DNA of 64,000 nucleotides from Coleofasciculus sp. B1-GNL1-01 (GTDB lineage Bacteria; Cyanobacteriota; Cyanobacteriia; Cyanobacteriales; Coleofasciculaceae), in the NCBI GenBank assembly GCA_040220235.1, contig JAVJTO010000047.1, one strand, 5' to 3'. Under the pieces are notes generated by a model. The model did not search any database and was not told where the DNA came from. It saw nothing but the letters and a program-made list of their open reading frames with translations. Positions 50,620-60,522 of this stretch are shown piece by piece. Each line of letters begins with the position of its first letter. Within the stretch, counting starts at the first letter, position 1. A program made the translations under genes and the position numbers.

Positions 50620-51951
50620 ATGGTTTCTCTCCAAGACTTTTACCCCGAATTATGCGTCTTGCCTCAATTCGAGACCGCTAATCTGACGTTGGATTCTACC
50701 ATCCGAGAACTCAATCTCTATCACTTTCAGGTGGAGTCGGTTCAACCCGGTAGAGACGTGGCTCAATCGTTCCAATTAAATCCTCTATTACCCGGAGTTA
50801 TTCTCACCCAACATAGAAAATTGATCGGCATGATTTCGCGAAGGCAGTTTTTGGAACAAATGAGCAGTCCTTATGGATTAGAACTGTTCTTAAAACGTCC
50901 GCTGCACTCGTTATACCGCTTTGTCAATGCAGATGTTTTAATCCTCAGAGGAGATACAAAAATAGTTGATGCGGCTCGTCGCTCACTTCAGCGTACACCA
51001 AAATTTGTTTACGAACCCATTATTGTAGAACTAGAGTCAGGAACCTACCGCTTGCTAGACGTGCATCAATTACTCGTGGCTCAGTCGCAAATTCAGGAAC
51101 TCACTACCCAGCTTTTGCATGATCAAACTCAAGCTCAAATGATTCAAACAGAAAAAATGGCAAGTTTGGGACAAATGGTAGCGGGGATTGCTCATGAAAT
51201 CAAGAATCCAGTCGCGTGTATTACCGGAAACTTTGAATTTTTAGATGATTATTGTGACAAGTTAATTGAACTCTTGACAGCCTACGCCGCAGAAGTTCCA
51301 CAGCTATCAGAAGATTTAAGTCAACTCAAAGAAGATTATGAACTCGATTTTATCTTAGAGGATTTACCGAAAATCCTGAAAAGCATGAAATTAGGCTCAG
51401 AACGATTAACCAAAATAGTTGGTAGTCTACAAAACTTCTCACACATGGATGAGTCAAGACATCAGCCTGCTAATATTCATGAGTGCATTGAAAGTACATT
51501 AATTATTTTGACAAATCGCCTCAAGAAAGGAATTAACATTATTAAAAACTATGCGAACTTGCCCCTTGTGAATTGTTCATCGGGTCAACTAAGCCAAGTT
51601 TTCATGAATCTGATTAGTAATGCTATTGACGCGCTAAATGAAAAATCAGAAAAAGCTGGGAATGGGTCTGGCTCATGGCAGCCTCAGATTGAAATTAATA
51701 CTCGCCTGGTGCAACAGGATAAAAGGGACTGGGTTTTGGTAAAAATTAGTGATAATGGTTCAGGAATAGCACCCGATATTCAAGAGCGGATATTTGAGAC
51801 ATTCTTTACGACTAAGCCAGTTGGAAAAGGGACAGGATTAGGGTTAGCGATTACTCATCAAATTGTCACAGAGAAACATGATGGAAAGTTGTTAATGCAG
51901 TCGCAGTTAGGAAAAGGTACAACATTTGAAATTTTATTGCCATTAGAGTAA
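50620..51951 (+). CDS. Histidine kinase with the same N-terminal CBS-like domain
   Basis: EKMASLGQMVAGIAHEIKNP, QVFMNLISNA, FFTTKPVGKGTGLGL. Confidence 0.93.
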   Translation: MVSLQDFYPELCVLPQFETANLTLDSTIRELNLYHFQVESVQPGRDVAQSFQLNPLLPGVILTQHRKLIGMISRRQFLEQMSSPYGLELFLKRPLHSLYRFVNADVLILRGDTKIVDAARRSLQRTPKFVYEPIIVELESGTYRLLDVHQLLVAQSQIQELTTQLLHDQTQAQMIQTEKMASLGQMVAGIAHEIKNPVACITGNFEFLDDYCDKLIELLTAYAAEVPQLSEDLSQLKEDYELDFILEDLPKILKSMKLGSERLTKIVGSLQNFSHMDESRHQPANIHECIESTLIILTNRLKKGINIIKNYANLPLVNCSSGQLSQVFMNLISNAIDALNEKSEKAGNGSGSWQPQIEINTRLVQQDKRDWVLVKISDNGSGIAPDIQERIFETFFTTKPVGKGTGLGLAITHQIVTEKHDGKLLMQSQLGKGTTFEILLPLE

Positions 51952-51999
51952 TTAATCTATAACAAAAAGACATACGTACTGTAGGGGCGCACCGACGTG

Positions 52000-52109
52000 C
52001 ATCCGTGTCAACTTAAGAGGAAATGTTCCCTCCCCTTGATAAGGGGAGGGTTAGGGTGGGGTTAGCATCAAGGTATTGCTTTCGTTTTAAGCTTAAGTTG
52101 ACACTAATG
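52000..52109. mobile_element. MITE with 18-bp TIRs CATnnnTGTCAACTTAAG and 9-bp target duplication ACCGACGTG
   Basis: TSD at 51991-51999 and 52110-52118; extra TIR-like copy at 52119-52136. Confidence 0.85.
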
Positions 52110-52213
52110 ACCGACGTGCGTCCGTGTCAACTTAAGGCGAATGGCACTGACTTTATAGTTTGTAGTCAGCGCTTTAGCGCTTCTGGCACTAAAGTTCCTA
52201 CTACGAAACCAGC

Positions 52214-54478
52214 TTACTGATACTTCTCAGACTGTTCTAACTCTTGTTTTAATTGTTGATACTGACGAGTCAGATTTTCCAGTTGTTGTTCGAGTTGCTC
52301 AAGTTTCTGCCAAGAATCGAGAGAACGTCTATTTAAACGACCCAAAGAATCAGTTTTATCTCTACAATTAATTTCATCGGCTAAAACGGCATCATTCCAG
52401 GTGACTCGTTTCACTTCATCGAATGTGGTAACTCCTTGTTTAACAAGATTTAAGCTATAGTTATATAAGGTTTTCATTCCTTGTTGGATGGCAACATCTT
52501 TGATGGAATGTTCTGGTGCATTTTCCCGAATTAAACGTTGTATCTGCTCACTATTTCGCAAGACCTCATAGACACCCACTCTCCCTTTGTAACCTATTCC
52601 ATGACATTTGGGGCAAAGTGTTCCTTTAACTCTCGCCTCAATAATTTCTTCAGGTTGCAAAGTATTTGCCTTATAGAACGTACATTGCTCCTGACTTAAT
52701 GCAGATAGACCAAATCGCTCTAATTCAGAGGAGTTTGGTTGATAGGGGATACGACAATCGGAACAGACTCGCCGCAGCAATCGCTGGGCAATGACTCCTA
52801 GGAGTGCTTCAGAGAGTATCCAAGGATTTACCCCAAGCTCCTTTAAGTTCATTATTGCACTAACCGTATCTTTTGTATATAATTCAGTGATAATTAAATG
52901 TCCTTGCATCACTGCCTTGGTCGCCATAATTGCCGTTTTTTTATCTTGAATTTTACCAACAAGAATGACGTCAGCATCTTGACTGATTATAGACTCCAAG
53001 TTACTCACAACATCAAGATTAAAGTTGTGCTGAACTTGAACCTGAGTAATGCCAGGTAACGAATACTGAATTGGATCTTCAATTGTCAAAATATTCATGT
53101 CCGGCTGATTCTGTTCTGCTAAGAGCGAAAATGAAGTCGTTGTTTTCCCTGAAGTTGTAGGTCCAGTGACCAGAATCAGTCCAAAGGGACAACTTTTCAT
53201 ATCTCTAACAATCTTTAGGGTATCTGTATCGGTAATAAGAATATCTAAGCCAATCTTGGTACTGGAATCATCTACTATGTTTAGAACTATTCTTTCTCCA
53301 TAACGGCTGGGTAGAATGCTAACCCTAAAATCAACAAAGCGACCTTGAAACATGCGCCGAATTCTACCCTGTTGTGGTATTCGCCGTTCAGTAATGTCAA
53401 GATATGCCATAATTTTGAAGCGAGCAGAAATTGCATTTTTGATTGTCTTGGGGAGAGGGTTAAACGCTTGGTGTAGGACTCCATCTTTCCGAAAGCGCAC
53501 CCTTAAGTACTCTTGTTGAGGTTCGATATGAATATGAGAGACTCCATCTTGCAATGCCTTAGCCAAAATTCTATTGACGAGATTAATAACGGGATCGCCA
53601 CCGCTTTCATTCAATGGTTCAGATAAATCTGTCTCAGTTTCTTCGGGTGCATCAGAGACTGTATCTAGATCATCAAGATCTCGGCTTATATCAGTCTGTT
53701 TTGCTGCTTCTTCTTTCTTCTCTTGTGCCAACTTTTGATCGCGATATTGATTCAGTAGATGCTGATAGTCTTCCTGGGTAATCACCATCCGTCGTAATTT
53801 AATTCCTTGAGGGCGCAGAATCCGGTTCAAATCATCTTGAGCGTCTAAATTATCAGGATCAACCATGGCGACAAGTAGGGATGATGGTTGAGTCTCCGTT
53901 TGCGATAGAGGAAGTACTCGATAGCGACTACAGATATCACTAGAAATTAGGCGTTCGATGAGTTCCTTAATTTTTTGATTGGAAATTTCACTCCGTTCGG
54001 GATCAAGAGATTCAACACCGTAAAGTATTTTGAGTTCAAAGAGTTGTTGTTTCTTGTACTGGCGCAATAAGTCGGGTGGCAACTGACGACCCGTAATTGA
54101 TTCAATAACATTAGTCAGAGGTCTTCCTGACTTTCGACTTTCCCTCAAGGCGGTTCGCATTTGCTCCAGATTCACATAACCCGATTGAATCAATTTTTTA
54201 GCAAAGGGAGGCAAGGGTAAAAAGAAGTGGGTAACTTGACACCGTAAATGGGGTGGGATTTGAGACTCGGTGAGGGATTCGAGAATCTCAATCAGGATAG
54301 CGGCGCGTTGGTGGGGCGATTGAGTTGTGCGTCGTGAGCCTTTAGCGGTAGACTGTTGTTGGACAGATTCGCTCCATTGTAAAAAGAGCGCGATCGCTTC
54401 CTCCATCTGCTGAGGGTTAACATACCTCGCCTTAATCAAAATTTTCGCTAGCGCCGAGAAATAAATCGGTACAGACAT
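52214..54478 (-). CDS. GspE/PilB-family ATPase paralogue with degenerate catalytic motifs
   Basis: IHIEP, DITERRIPQQGR, DFRVS, GPTTSGKTT, AQRLLRRVCSDC, CPKC.G.GYKGR.GVYE. Confidence 0.88.
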   Translation of the reverse strand: MSVPIYFSALAKILIKARYVNPQQMEEAIALFLQWSESVQQQSTAKGSRRTTQSPHQRAAILIEILESLTESQIPPHLRCQVTHFFLPLPPFAKKLIQSGYVNLEQMRTALRESRKSGRPLTNVIESITGRQLPPDLLRQYKKQQLFELKILYGVESLDPERSEISNQKIKELIERLISSDICSRYRVLPLSQTETQPSSLLVAMVDPDNLDAQDDLNRILRPQGIKLRRMVITQEDYQHLLNQYRDQKLAQEKKEEAAKQTDISRDLDDLDTVSDAPEETETDLSEPLNESGGDPVINLVNRILAKALQDGVSHIHIEPQQEYLRVRFRKDGVLHQAFNPLPKTIKNAISARFKIMAYLDITERRIPQQGRIRRMFQGRFVDFRVSILPSRYGERIVLNIVDDSSTKIGLDILITDTDTLKIVRDMKSCPFGLILVTGPTTSGKTTTSFSLLAEQNQPDMNILTIEDPIQYSLPGITQVQVQHNFNLDVVSNLESIISQDADVILVGKIQDKKTAIMATKAVMQGHLIITELYTKDTVSAIMNLKELGVNPWILSEALLGVIAQRLLRRVCSDCRIPYQPNSSELERFGLSALSQEQCTFYKANTLQPEEIIEARVKGTLCPKCHGIGYKGRVGVYEVLRNSEQIQRLIRENAPEHSIKDVAIQQGMKTLYNYSLNLVKQGVTTFDEVKRVTWNDAVLADEINCRDKTDSLGRLNRRSLDSWQKLEQLEQQLENLTRQYQQLKQELEQSEKYQ

Positions 54479-54949
54479 GACAGTTGTTGCGATTGATGGT
54501 CATTTCAGTCGATGCACCAGATTTGCTGCAACTATAGCAGATATTGTCATTGGTCATTGGTCATTGGTCATTGGTCATTCGTCAATTTGCGAGAATTGAA
54601 CGGTTAGGTCAGGGCGGGTTTAGTTATATCAGGATGACAACGAAATGTTAGTAGTAAAACCCGCCCCTACACAATTTTCCCATCTTCCCCATCTCCCAGA
54701 CGTTCCACCGGAACGTCTCTACAATCTCCCCCATCTTCCCTATCTCCCCCATCTGACACACCGAGCGTGTTACCGAGCGGAGTCGAGGTAAGCGATACCC
54801 TGAGCCTGTCGAAGGGTCGAGGTGTTCCCCATCTTCCCTATCTCCCCCATTCCCCTGTCAGCCTCAACGATCAAATTAAATAGGTGACAACTTACGCTTG
54901 TGTGGGATCATAGACTATGATGTCCCCTTGTCTGCACAAAAGTTGATCG

Positions 54950-55633
54950 ATGAAACAGTTAATCCAGGGTCTACATGAGTTTCAGACCAATTACTTTACA
55001 GCTCACCGGGAGCTATTTGAGTTACTTTCTCAAGGACAACATCCGCGAGTTCTGTTTATTACTTGCTCCGATTCTCGGATTGATCCCAATCTGATTACCC
55101 AAACTGAGCCGGGTGAAATGTTTATCATCCGTAATGCGGGTAATATTATCCCCCCTTATGGTGCGACGAACGGCGGAGAAGGTGCAGCCGTAGAGTATGC
55201 GATTCATGCATTAGGGATTGAAGATGTGATTGTTTGTGGTCATTCCCATTGTGGTGCGATGAAAGGCTTACTGAAACTCAGCAAGCTGGAAGAGGAAATG
55301 CCAATGGTTTACGAATGGCTCAAACACGCGGAAGCGACGCGGCGAATTATTAAGGAACATTACCAAAGCTACGAAGGGAAAGACCTGCTCAATGCTTCTA
55401 TTCAAGAGAATGTGCTTAACCAATTAGAAAATCTACGCACGTATCCGGTGATTCAATCTCGACTTAAAGCGGGGAAATTGCAACTCCATGCTTGGGTGTA
55501 TGAAATTGAAACGGGAGAAGTGATGGAATATAACCCAGTTCAAGGTCAGTTCGTACCCCCAAGAACTCAGTTTGCTAGGGCGACTTGGATTACGCCAGAA
55601 CAGCAAGAGCGTATTTTTAAAGGGTCTTATTAG
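54950..55633 (+). CDS. ccaA: Beta-class (carboxysomal-type) carbonic anhydrase
   Basis: CSDSR, RNAGN, GHSHCGAM; C-terminal WITPEQQERIFKG motif characteristic of CcaA/IcfA. Confidence 0.85.
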   Translation: MKQLIQGLHEFQTNYFTAHRELFELLSQGQHPRVLFITCSDSRIDPNLITQTEPGEMFIIRNAGNIIPPYGATNGGEGAAVEYAIHALGIEDVIVCGHSHCGAMKGLLKLSKLEEEMPMVYEWLKHAEATRRIIKEHYQSYEGKDLLNASIQENVLNQLENLRTYPVIQSRLKAGKLQLHAWVYEIETGEVMEYNPVQGQFVPPRTQFARATWITPEQQERIFKGSY

Positions 55634-55638
55634 TTGTT

Positions 55639-55715
55639 ATTGGTCATTGGTCATTGGTCATTTGTCCTTTGTCCTTTGTCCTTTGTCCTTTGTCCTTTGT
55701 CCTTTGTCCTTTGTC
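55639..55715. repeat. STRR heptamer tract (TTGGTCA / TTTGTCC); similar tracts near 104-133, 10893-10927, 12957-12993, 14747-14780, 47181-47232, 54546-54584, 60432-60474
   Basis: Directly visible heptamer tandem repeats typical of filamentous cyanobacteria. Confidence 0.9.
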
Positions 55716-55722
55716 AGGGGAA

Positions 55723-55850
55723 TAAGCTGTTATGCATTTAAATTGGGTATTAGTAGCGAGCAAGATGCAAAGCCTGCGGCATGGCTTCGCTTAACGCACT
55801 ACAAGGATTTCACCATTATTGACATTAAGGTTTAAATGCCGAACAGCTTA
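55723..55850. mobile_element. MITE copy (TAAGCTGT family)
   Basis: Near-identical to 25079-25206. Confidence 0.85.
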
Positions 55851-56023
55851 GATTTTACCATTGAAGTAGGCAAACCGTTTATTTTTAAGTGTTTCCGGTT
55901 GTTGCAGCCAGTCCCAATTTGAGCAGGAAAAAAGGACATGAAACAGGTAGGGGCACGGCATTGCCGTGCCCTTAGGGTTTCGATAAATTGAATCCCCTCT
56001 TACTCAACAGCAAAAGGGGAAAG

Positions 56024-56203
56024 GTTTACATTCAACTTGTTTTCCCAGCGAGTGGGAACACTTGGGTCAAAACAATGGAGGGCTGACAATCAAGGCAACG
56101 TTTACATTCAACTTGTTTTCCCAGCGAGTGGGAACTCTCAAACTAATTCCGTTGGCTCAATTTCCATGTTTACATTCAACTTGTTTTCCCAGCGAGTGGG
56201 AAC
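56024..56203 (-). CRISPR. Orphan CRISPR mini-array: 3 identical 36-bp repeats, 2 spacers (40 and 32 bp)
   Basis: Repeats at 56024-56059, 56100-56135, 56168-56203; minus strand GTTCCCACTCGCTGGGAAAACAAGTTGAATGTAAAC with TTCCCA/TGGGAA hairpin. Confidence 0.93.
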
Positions 56204-56385
56204 AGTTCGCTCAGGGAGCCTTACGGAGACTGGGTTTCAGCCGCCGAATCGACACCACTGATAAAATTATACGCCATCTGCCCAAAAATTGAACCCAACA
56301 TAGCTCTCAAACCCTTTCCCAGTAAGCCATCGACACCACTCGACGGAAACTATAGGGTTTCAGCGATTTGGCGACTGGTGTCAAT
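56204..56385 (-). promoter_or_regulatory. CRISPR leader
   Basis: Minus-strand TATAAT (56266-56271); duplicated AGTGGTGTCGAT and GCTGAAACCC motifs as in cyanobacterial leaders. Confidence 0.7.
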
Positions 56386-56421
56386 TTGTCGATTTTACCG
56401 CTATCTTATCGATGTGTGATT

Positions 56422-56664
56422 CTAGTCCGATGAATCAATCAACGCTTTAATAACGCCAATTTTAGCTTGGGAGACTTTTGACCCTAAGCTGGGATTCGTG
56501 GAACCAATAAAATATTCTCCAGTTGGCAGATAATGTAATGCCAATTCCGGATAGGTAATAATTTCCCAATCTTTATAGATTTCGGTCTTTTCATGATTAT
56601 GGCTGGGTCGATTGCTTTCATAACACCAGCCTGCTGCAAGTAATTTTTCAATTAAGGTTGACAT
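56422..56664 (-). CDS. Small hypothetical protein
   Basis: 80-aa ATG ORF, non-repetitive, same strand as the CRISPR array. Confidence 0.55.
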   Translation of the reverse strand: MSTLIEKLLAAGWCYESNRPSHNHEKTEIYKDWEIITYPELALHYLPTGEYFIGSTNPSLGSKVSQAKIGVIKALIDSSD

Positions 56665-56766
56665 GGAAAATCAGCTAATTAATTCTTGGATAGAAATTTC
56701 GGGAAGCTGTCATGCATTTACATTGAGTCTCGATGAATGATACTGACTAAGCGTTGGTGGGCAATG

Positions 56767-56972
56767 CATTGGTGTCAACTTAAGGTGAAAAGCAATAGGG
56801 GGATGACAGAGGATGCTATCGCTTTTTTGCACGGGAGAAAAGGAACCGGATTCTCTTGCTGCCCTCTTGCTGCCCTCTTGCTCCCTTCTTGCTCCCCTCT
56901 CCCAAGCTTGGGAGAGGGGCTGGGGGTGAGGGCTGGCTTGGGTGAGGGGTTGAGCTTAAGTTGACATGGATG
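56767..56972. mobile_element. MITE with CATnnnTGTCAACTTAAG TIRs and 9-bp target duplication TGGGCAATG
   Basis: TSD at 56758-56766 and 56973-56981; same TIR family as 52000-52109. Confidence 0.85.
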
Positions 56973-57199
56973 TGGGCAATGCCCACCCTACGGTAGAGTT
57001 TAAATGCTTAACAGTTCCGACTAGCTTTTGGTAGATTTCCCTGTATCTGTCTCTACCCTAACATTCGTTATTCGTCATTTGTCATTTGTCATTCGTCATG
57101 TGTTTGCACCTGATACCAAGTCCCAGTCACAGAGGTAATCTGTCATACTTCTTGAAAGATCATACGCCATGTCCGATCTTTTGAATCGAAAAATAAAGT

Positions 57200-57260
57200 C
57201 GGGGCGGGTTTAGTTGCATCTGGGTGCAATCGACAAGATAGTAGTGAAACCCGCCCCTAC
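57200..57260. repeat. GTAG-type REP doublets GGGGCGGGTTT(AG)...AAACCCGCCCCTAC; other copies near 11972, 14633, 29964, 37237, 54611
   Basis: Conserved inverted arms with variable ~30-40 nt interior. Confidence 0.85.
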
Positions 57261-57383
57261 ACAATCAAAACTATACGCCGTGACAAGTCAGCCGTCCCCC
57301 CCTCACCCCCAGGCAACGGGCAGAAACTTCACGAAACTTTACAATAGTGGGGTAGAGATGAAATTATATTAGTCGGACTGCCA

Positions 57384-58160
57384 ATGCACCTAACCTACTT
57401 CGGCGCCAATAGCTGGCTACTCGAACTTGGGCAAAAACACATCCTGATTGATCCCTGGCTTGTGGATTCCTTAGTCTTTAGCAATCTTCCCTGGTTGTTC
57501 AAAGGCGACAAATCTCCAGCCTTGGATGAACTTCCTGATCAGATAGACTTGATTCTGCTGTCCCAGGGATTAGAGGATCACGCCCACAGACCCACTCTAG
57601 AAAAGCTGGACAAGACTATCCCTGTTGTTGGTTCAGAGAATGCAGCAACGGTGGTAAAAGAGTTGGGCTATACTCAGGTGACGGCGTTAGCCTTTGGTCA
57701 AACCTTCACCCTCGCTGACCAAATTGAAATCCGCGCCTTACCAGGGGCACCGATTGGTCCTTTTTTGCAGGAAAACGCCTATCTGGTCAAACAGTTAGAG
57801 AGTGGCACAAGTCTATATTATGAACCTCACGGGTATCCACCCGATCAGTTAAAAGAGTATGCTCCCATCGATGTGGTGATTAGTCCCGTGGTGACGTTGG
57901 AATTACCTGTGCTTGGACCGATTATCCAAGGTCATCGTACCGCACTGCAATTGGCACAATGGGTGCAACCCCAAGTGTTTCTACCCACAGCCGCCGGAGG
58001 TGGAGTTCAGTACGAGGGAGTGCTAGATTCCCTGTTGAATCAGGTTGGTAGTCTGGAGGAGTTGCGATCGCAACTGGCACAGCACAACCTATCCACTCAA
58101 GTGATTGACCCTCAGCCAAAAGAAGCGCTGGAACTTAACCTGACACCTCAAATGGCTTAG
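57384..58160 (+). CDS. MBL-fold metallo-hydrolase (Lactamase_B_3-like)
   Basis: LIDPWL, LLSQGLEDHAH, YYEPHG. Confidence 0.85.
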   Translation: MHLTYFGANSWLLELGQKHILIDPWLVDSLVFSNLPWLFKGDKSPALDELPDQIDLILLSQGLEDHAHRPTLEKLDKTIPVVGSENAATVVKELGYTQVTALAFGQTFTLADQIEIRALPGAPIGPFLQENAYLVKQLESGTSLYYEPHGYPPDQLKEYAPIDVVISPVVTLELPVLGPIIQGHRTALQLAQWVQPQVFLPTAAGGGVQYEGVLDSLLNQVGSLEELRSQLAQHNLSTQVIDPQPKEALELNLTPQMA

Positions 58161-58256
58161 TATTTTGCACATTACTGTCCTGGGTTATTGGTTCAATTTA
58201 GGCAATCCTCAAGGACAAAGGACAAACGATCAAACTAAACCCTAAGGAGATCAATC

Positions 58257-59048
58257 ATGTTGGAACTGTATCAATTTGAAATGTCGCAGTTTTCGGAAAA
58301 AGTGCGGCTGATTCTCGATTACAAAGGGCTAGCCTATCGCAAAATTGAAGTCACTCCCGGAATCGGACAGCTAGACTTGTATCGCTTATCGGGTCAACGG
58401 CAAGTCCCGGTTCTCAAAGATGGGGATACCGTCATTGCTGATTCAACTGCGATCGCGATGTACTTAGATCGCAAGTATCCCGACAAGCCCCTAATTCCCA
58501 CCGATCCCTACCAACGCGCCCAATGCTTGCTGATGGAAGAATGGGCGGATGAATCCATTGGTGTCAAAAGTCGTAAAGTCTTTTATGGGGCATTAAGTCA
58601 CAATCCCAGCTATCGCACATCAGTCTTACCCAAAGATACGCCAGATTTCTTCAAAACCGTTCTGGGTGGTGTTCCAGCAGAAGTATTTGAGGTTTTGGGG
58701 ATTGGTTTCGGTTGCAGTGCAGACGCTCTCAAAGACGCCAGAGACAGCCTGAAGCAAGACTTAGAAGCCCTCAGCTTAATTTTGTCCGATCGCCCCTATC
58801 TGGTCACAGACAGTCCCTGTTTAGCTGATTTTGCCGTAGCTGGGGTTAGTTTACTGCTGAAATTTCCCGAAGGTTCCTATCTGGATTTGCCTGACTCCCT
58901 GAAAGGGAAAGGTATTCCTGGTTTAGCCGATAGTAGCGTGTATCAAACCTTCTTCGACTGGCGAGATCGCCTCTATGCTGAGTATCGCACGCCATTGACC
59001 ACAACGGGAACCAGCGATTCGCAACCAACCTCTATTGAGATTGAATAA
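58257..59048 (+). CDS. Glutathione S-transferase family protein
   Basis: SQFSEKVRLIL, QVPVL, ADSTAIAMYLD, ADFAVA. Confidence 0.92.
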   Translation: MLELYQFEMSQFSEKVRLILDYKGLAYRKIEVTPGIGQLDLYRLSGQRQVPVLKDGDTVIADSTAIAMYLDRKYPDKPLIPTDPYQRAQCLLMEEWADESIGVKSRKVFYGALSHNPSYRTSVLPKDTPDFFKTVLGGVPAEVFEVLGIGFGCSADALKDARDSLKQDLEALSLILSDRPYLVTDSPCLADFAVAGVSLLLKFPEGSYLDLPDSLKGKGIPGLADSSVYQTFFDWRDRLYAEYRTPLTTTGTSDSQPTSIEIE

Positions 59049-59148
59049 ACATCAGCTATATGTAGGGGCATGGCACTGCCATGCCCCTACCTTGTTCCTT
59101 TTGACCGTTAACTGGGGTTACTGAATCGATACACTAACCGAACCAAAA

Positions 59149-60357
59149 TCAAACAGCTACCGGAGTGGCTTTCAACTCAAAAATCTTCTCAATCGCATCT
59201 TCAACCACCTTATCAGGTGTAGATGCTCCAGACGTTACACCGACAACAATTTCACCCTCTGGAAGCCAATTTTCCGTCACCGTCATATCTTGATGCAGTA
59301 CCTTGTGATCAATCCGATTCCCCGGACCAATTCGCTCAGCGCTATCGATGTGATAAGACGGAATCTTCCGTTCAATGGCAATTTGTTGCAGTTGCGTGGT
59401 ATTGGATGAATTAAAACCACCAATCACAACCATTAAATCTAACCGTTCTTCCACCAACTCTAACATTGCATCCTGCCGTTCTTGAGTGGCATCACAGATG
59501 GTGTTAAAACTCTGGAAATGCTGATTTAGCTGAACTGGACCATACTTTTTCATCATCGTCCGCTCAAACAGCTTACCAATTTGCTCGGTTTCGCTTTTGA
59601 GCATGGTGGTTTGGTTGGCTATGCCAATATGCTCCAAATCCCGATCCGGGTCAAATCCCTCGGACGTGGCGCGGCTAAATTTTGCCAAAAACTCGTCCCG
59701 ATTCCCACCATTGAGAATATAGTCGGCGACATATTCGGCTTCTTGCAGATTCAGCACCACCAAATATTTCCCAGCAAAGGAACTGGTGGCTATGGTTTCT
59801 TCGTGCTTATATTTGCCGTGGATAATGGAGGTGTATTCTTTCTTCTTATGCTTCTCCACCGTATGCCACACTTTAGACACCCAAGGACAGGTGGTATCGA
59901 CAATCTTACAGTTTTTATCATTGAGCAGTTGCATTTCCTGAACGCTGGCACCAAAGGCGGGTAAAATCACCACATCACCCGCACCAACGACGGTAAAGTC
60001 TTTTGTCCCATCCTCAACGGGGACAAAGTTGACGTTCATCTTCTGTAAGCGCTGATTGACGGAGGGATTGTGAATAATTTCATTCGTCATCCAGATGCGC
60101 TCAGTGGGAAAATGTTGGCGAGTTTCATACGCCATAGCCACAGCGCGTTCCACACCCCAGCAAAAGCCAAATGCCTCTGCCAGGTGAATGGTCACATTTC
60201 CCCGTTTGAGTCGATAGTTATTATCGCGGATTTCTTGAATCAAGCTGCTTTGATATTCGGATTGAAGCTGAGTCGCCACCTCAGCATCGTGACCAAATCC
60301 CTTACGGTGATAGTTTTCTGAACTATGGAGTGAACGTTTGAAGGCTTTTGTATCCAT
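59149..60357 (-). CDS. ispH: 4-hydroxy-3-methylbut-2-enyl diphosphate reductase
   Basis: [46 protein letters not shown]. Confidence 0.98.
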   Translation of the reverse strand: MDTKAFKRSLHSSENYHRKGFGHDAEVATQLQSEYQSSLIQEIRDNNYRLKRGNVTIHLAEAFGFCWGVERAVAMAYETRQHFPTERIWMTNEIIHNPSVNQRLQKMNVNFVPVEDGTKDFTVVGAGDVVILPAFGASVQEMQLLNDKNCKIVDTTCPWVSKVWHTVEKHKKKEYTSIIHGKYKHEETIATSSFAGKYLVVLNLQEAEYVADYILNGGNRDEFLAKFSRATSEGFDPDRDLEHIGIANQTTMLKSETEQIGKLFERTMMKKYGPVQLNQHFQSFNTICDATQERQDAMLELVEERLDLMVVIGGFNSSNTTQLQQIAIERKIPSYHIDSAERIGPGNRIDHKVLHQDMTVTENWLPEGEIVVGVTSGASTPDKVVEDAIEKIFELKATPVAV

Positions 60358-60522
60358 GAAACTTGTCTAGCAGATGAGTGTATACAATTCTTAATTCCCT
60401 TCGATCATAAAATGAATTCGGTTGGGTCAGTTGTCATTTGTCATTTGTCATTTGTCATTTGTCATTTGTCATTCGTTGATTGGGAATTCTCACCCCCAGC
60501 TCCCCCATCTCCCCATCCCTCG

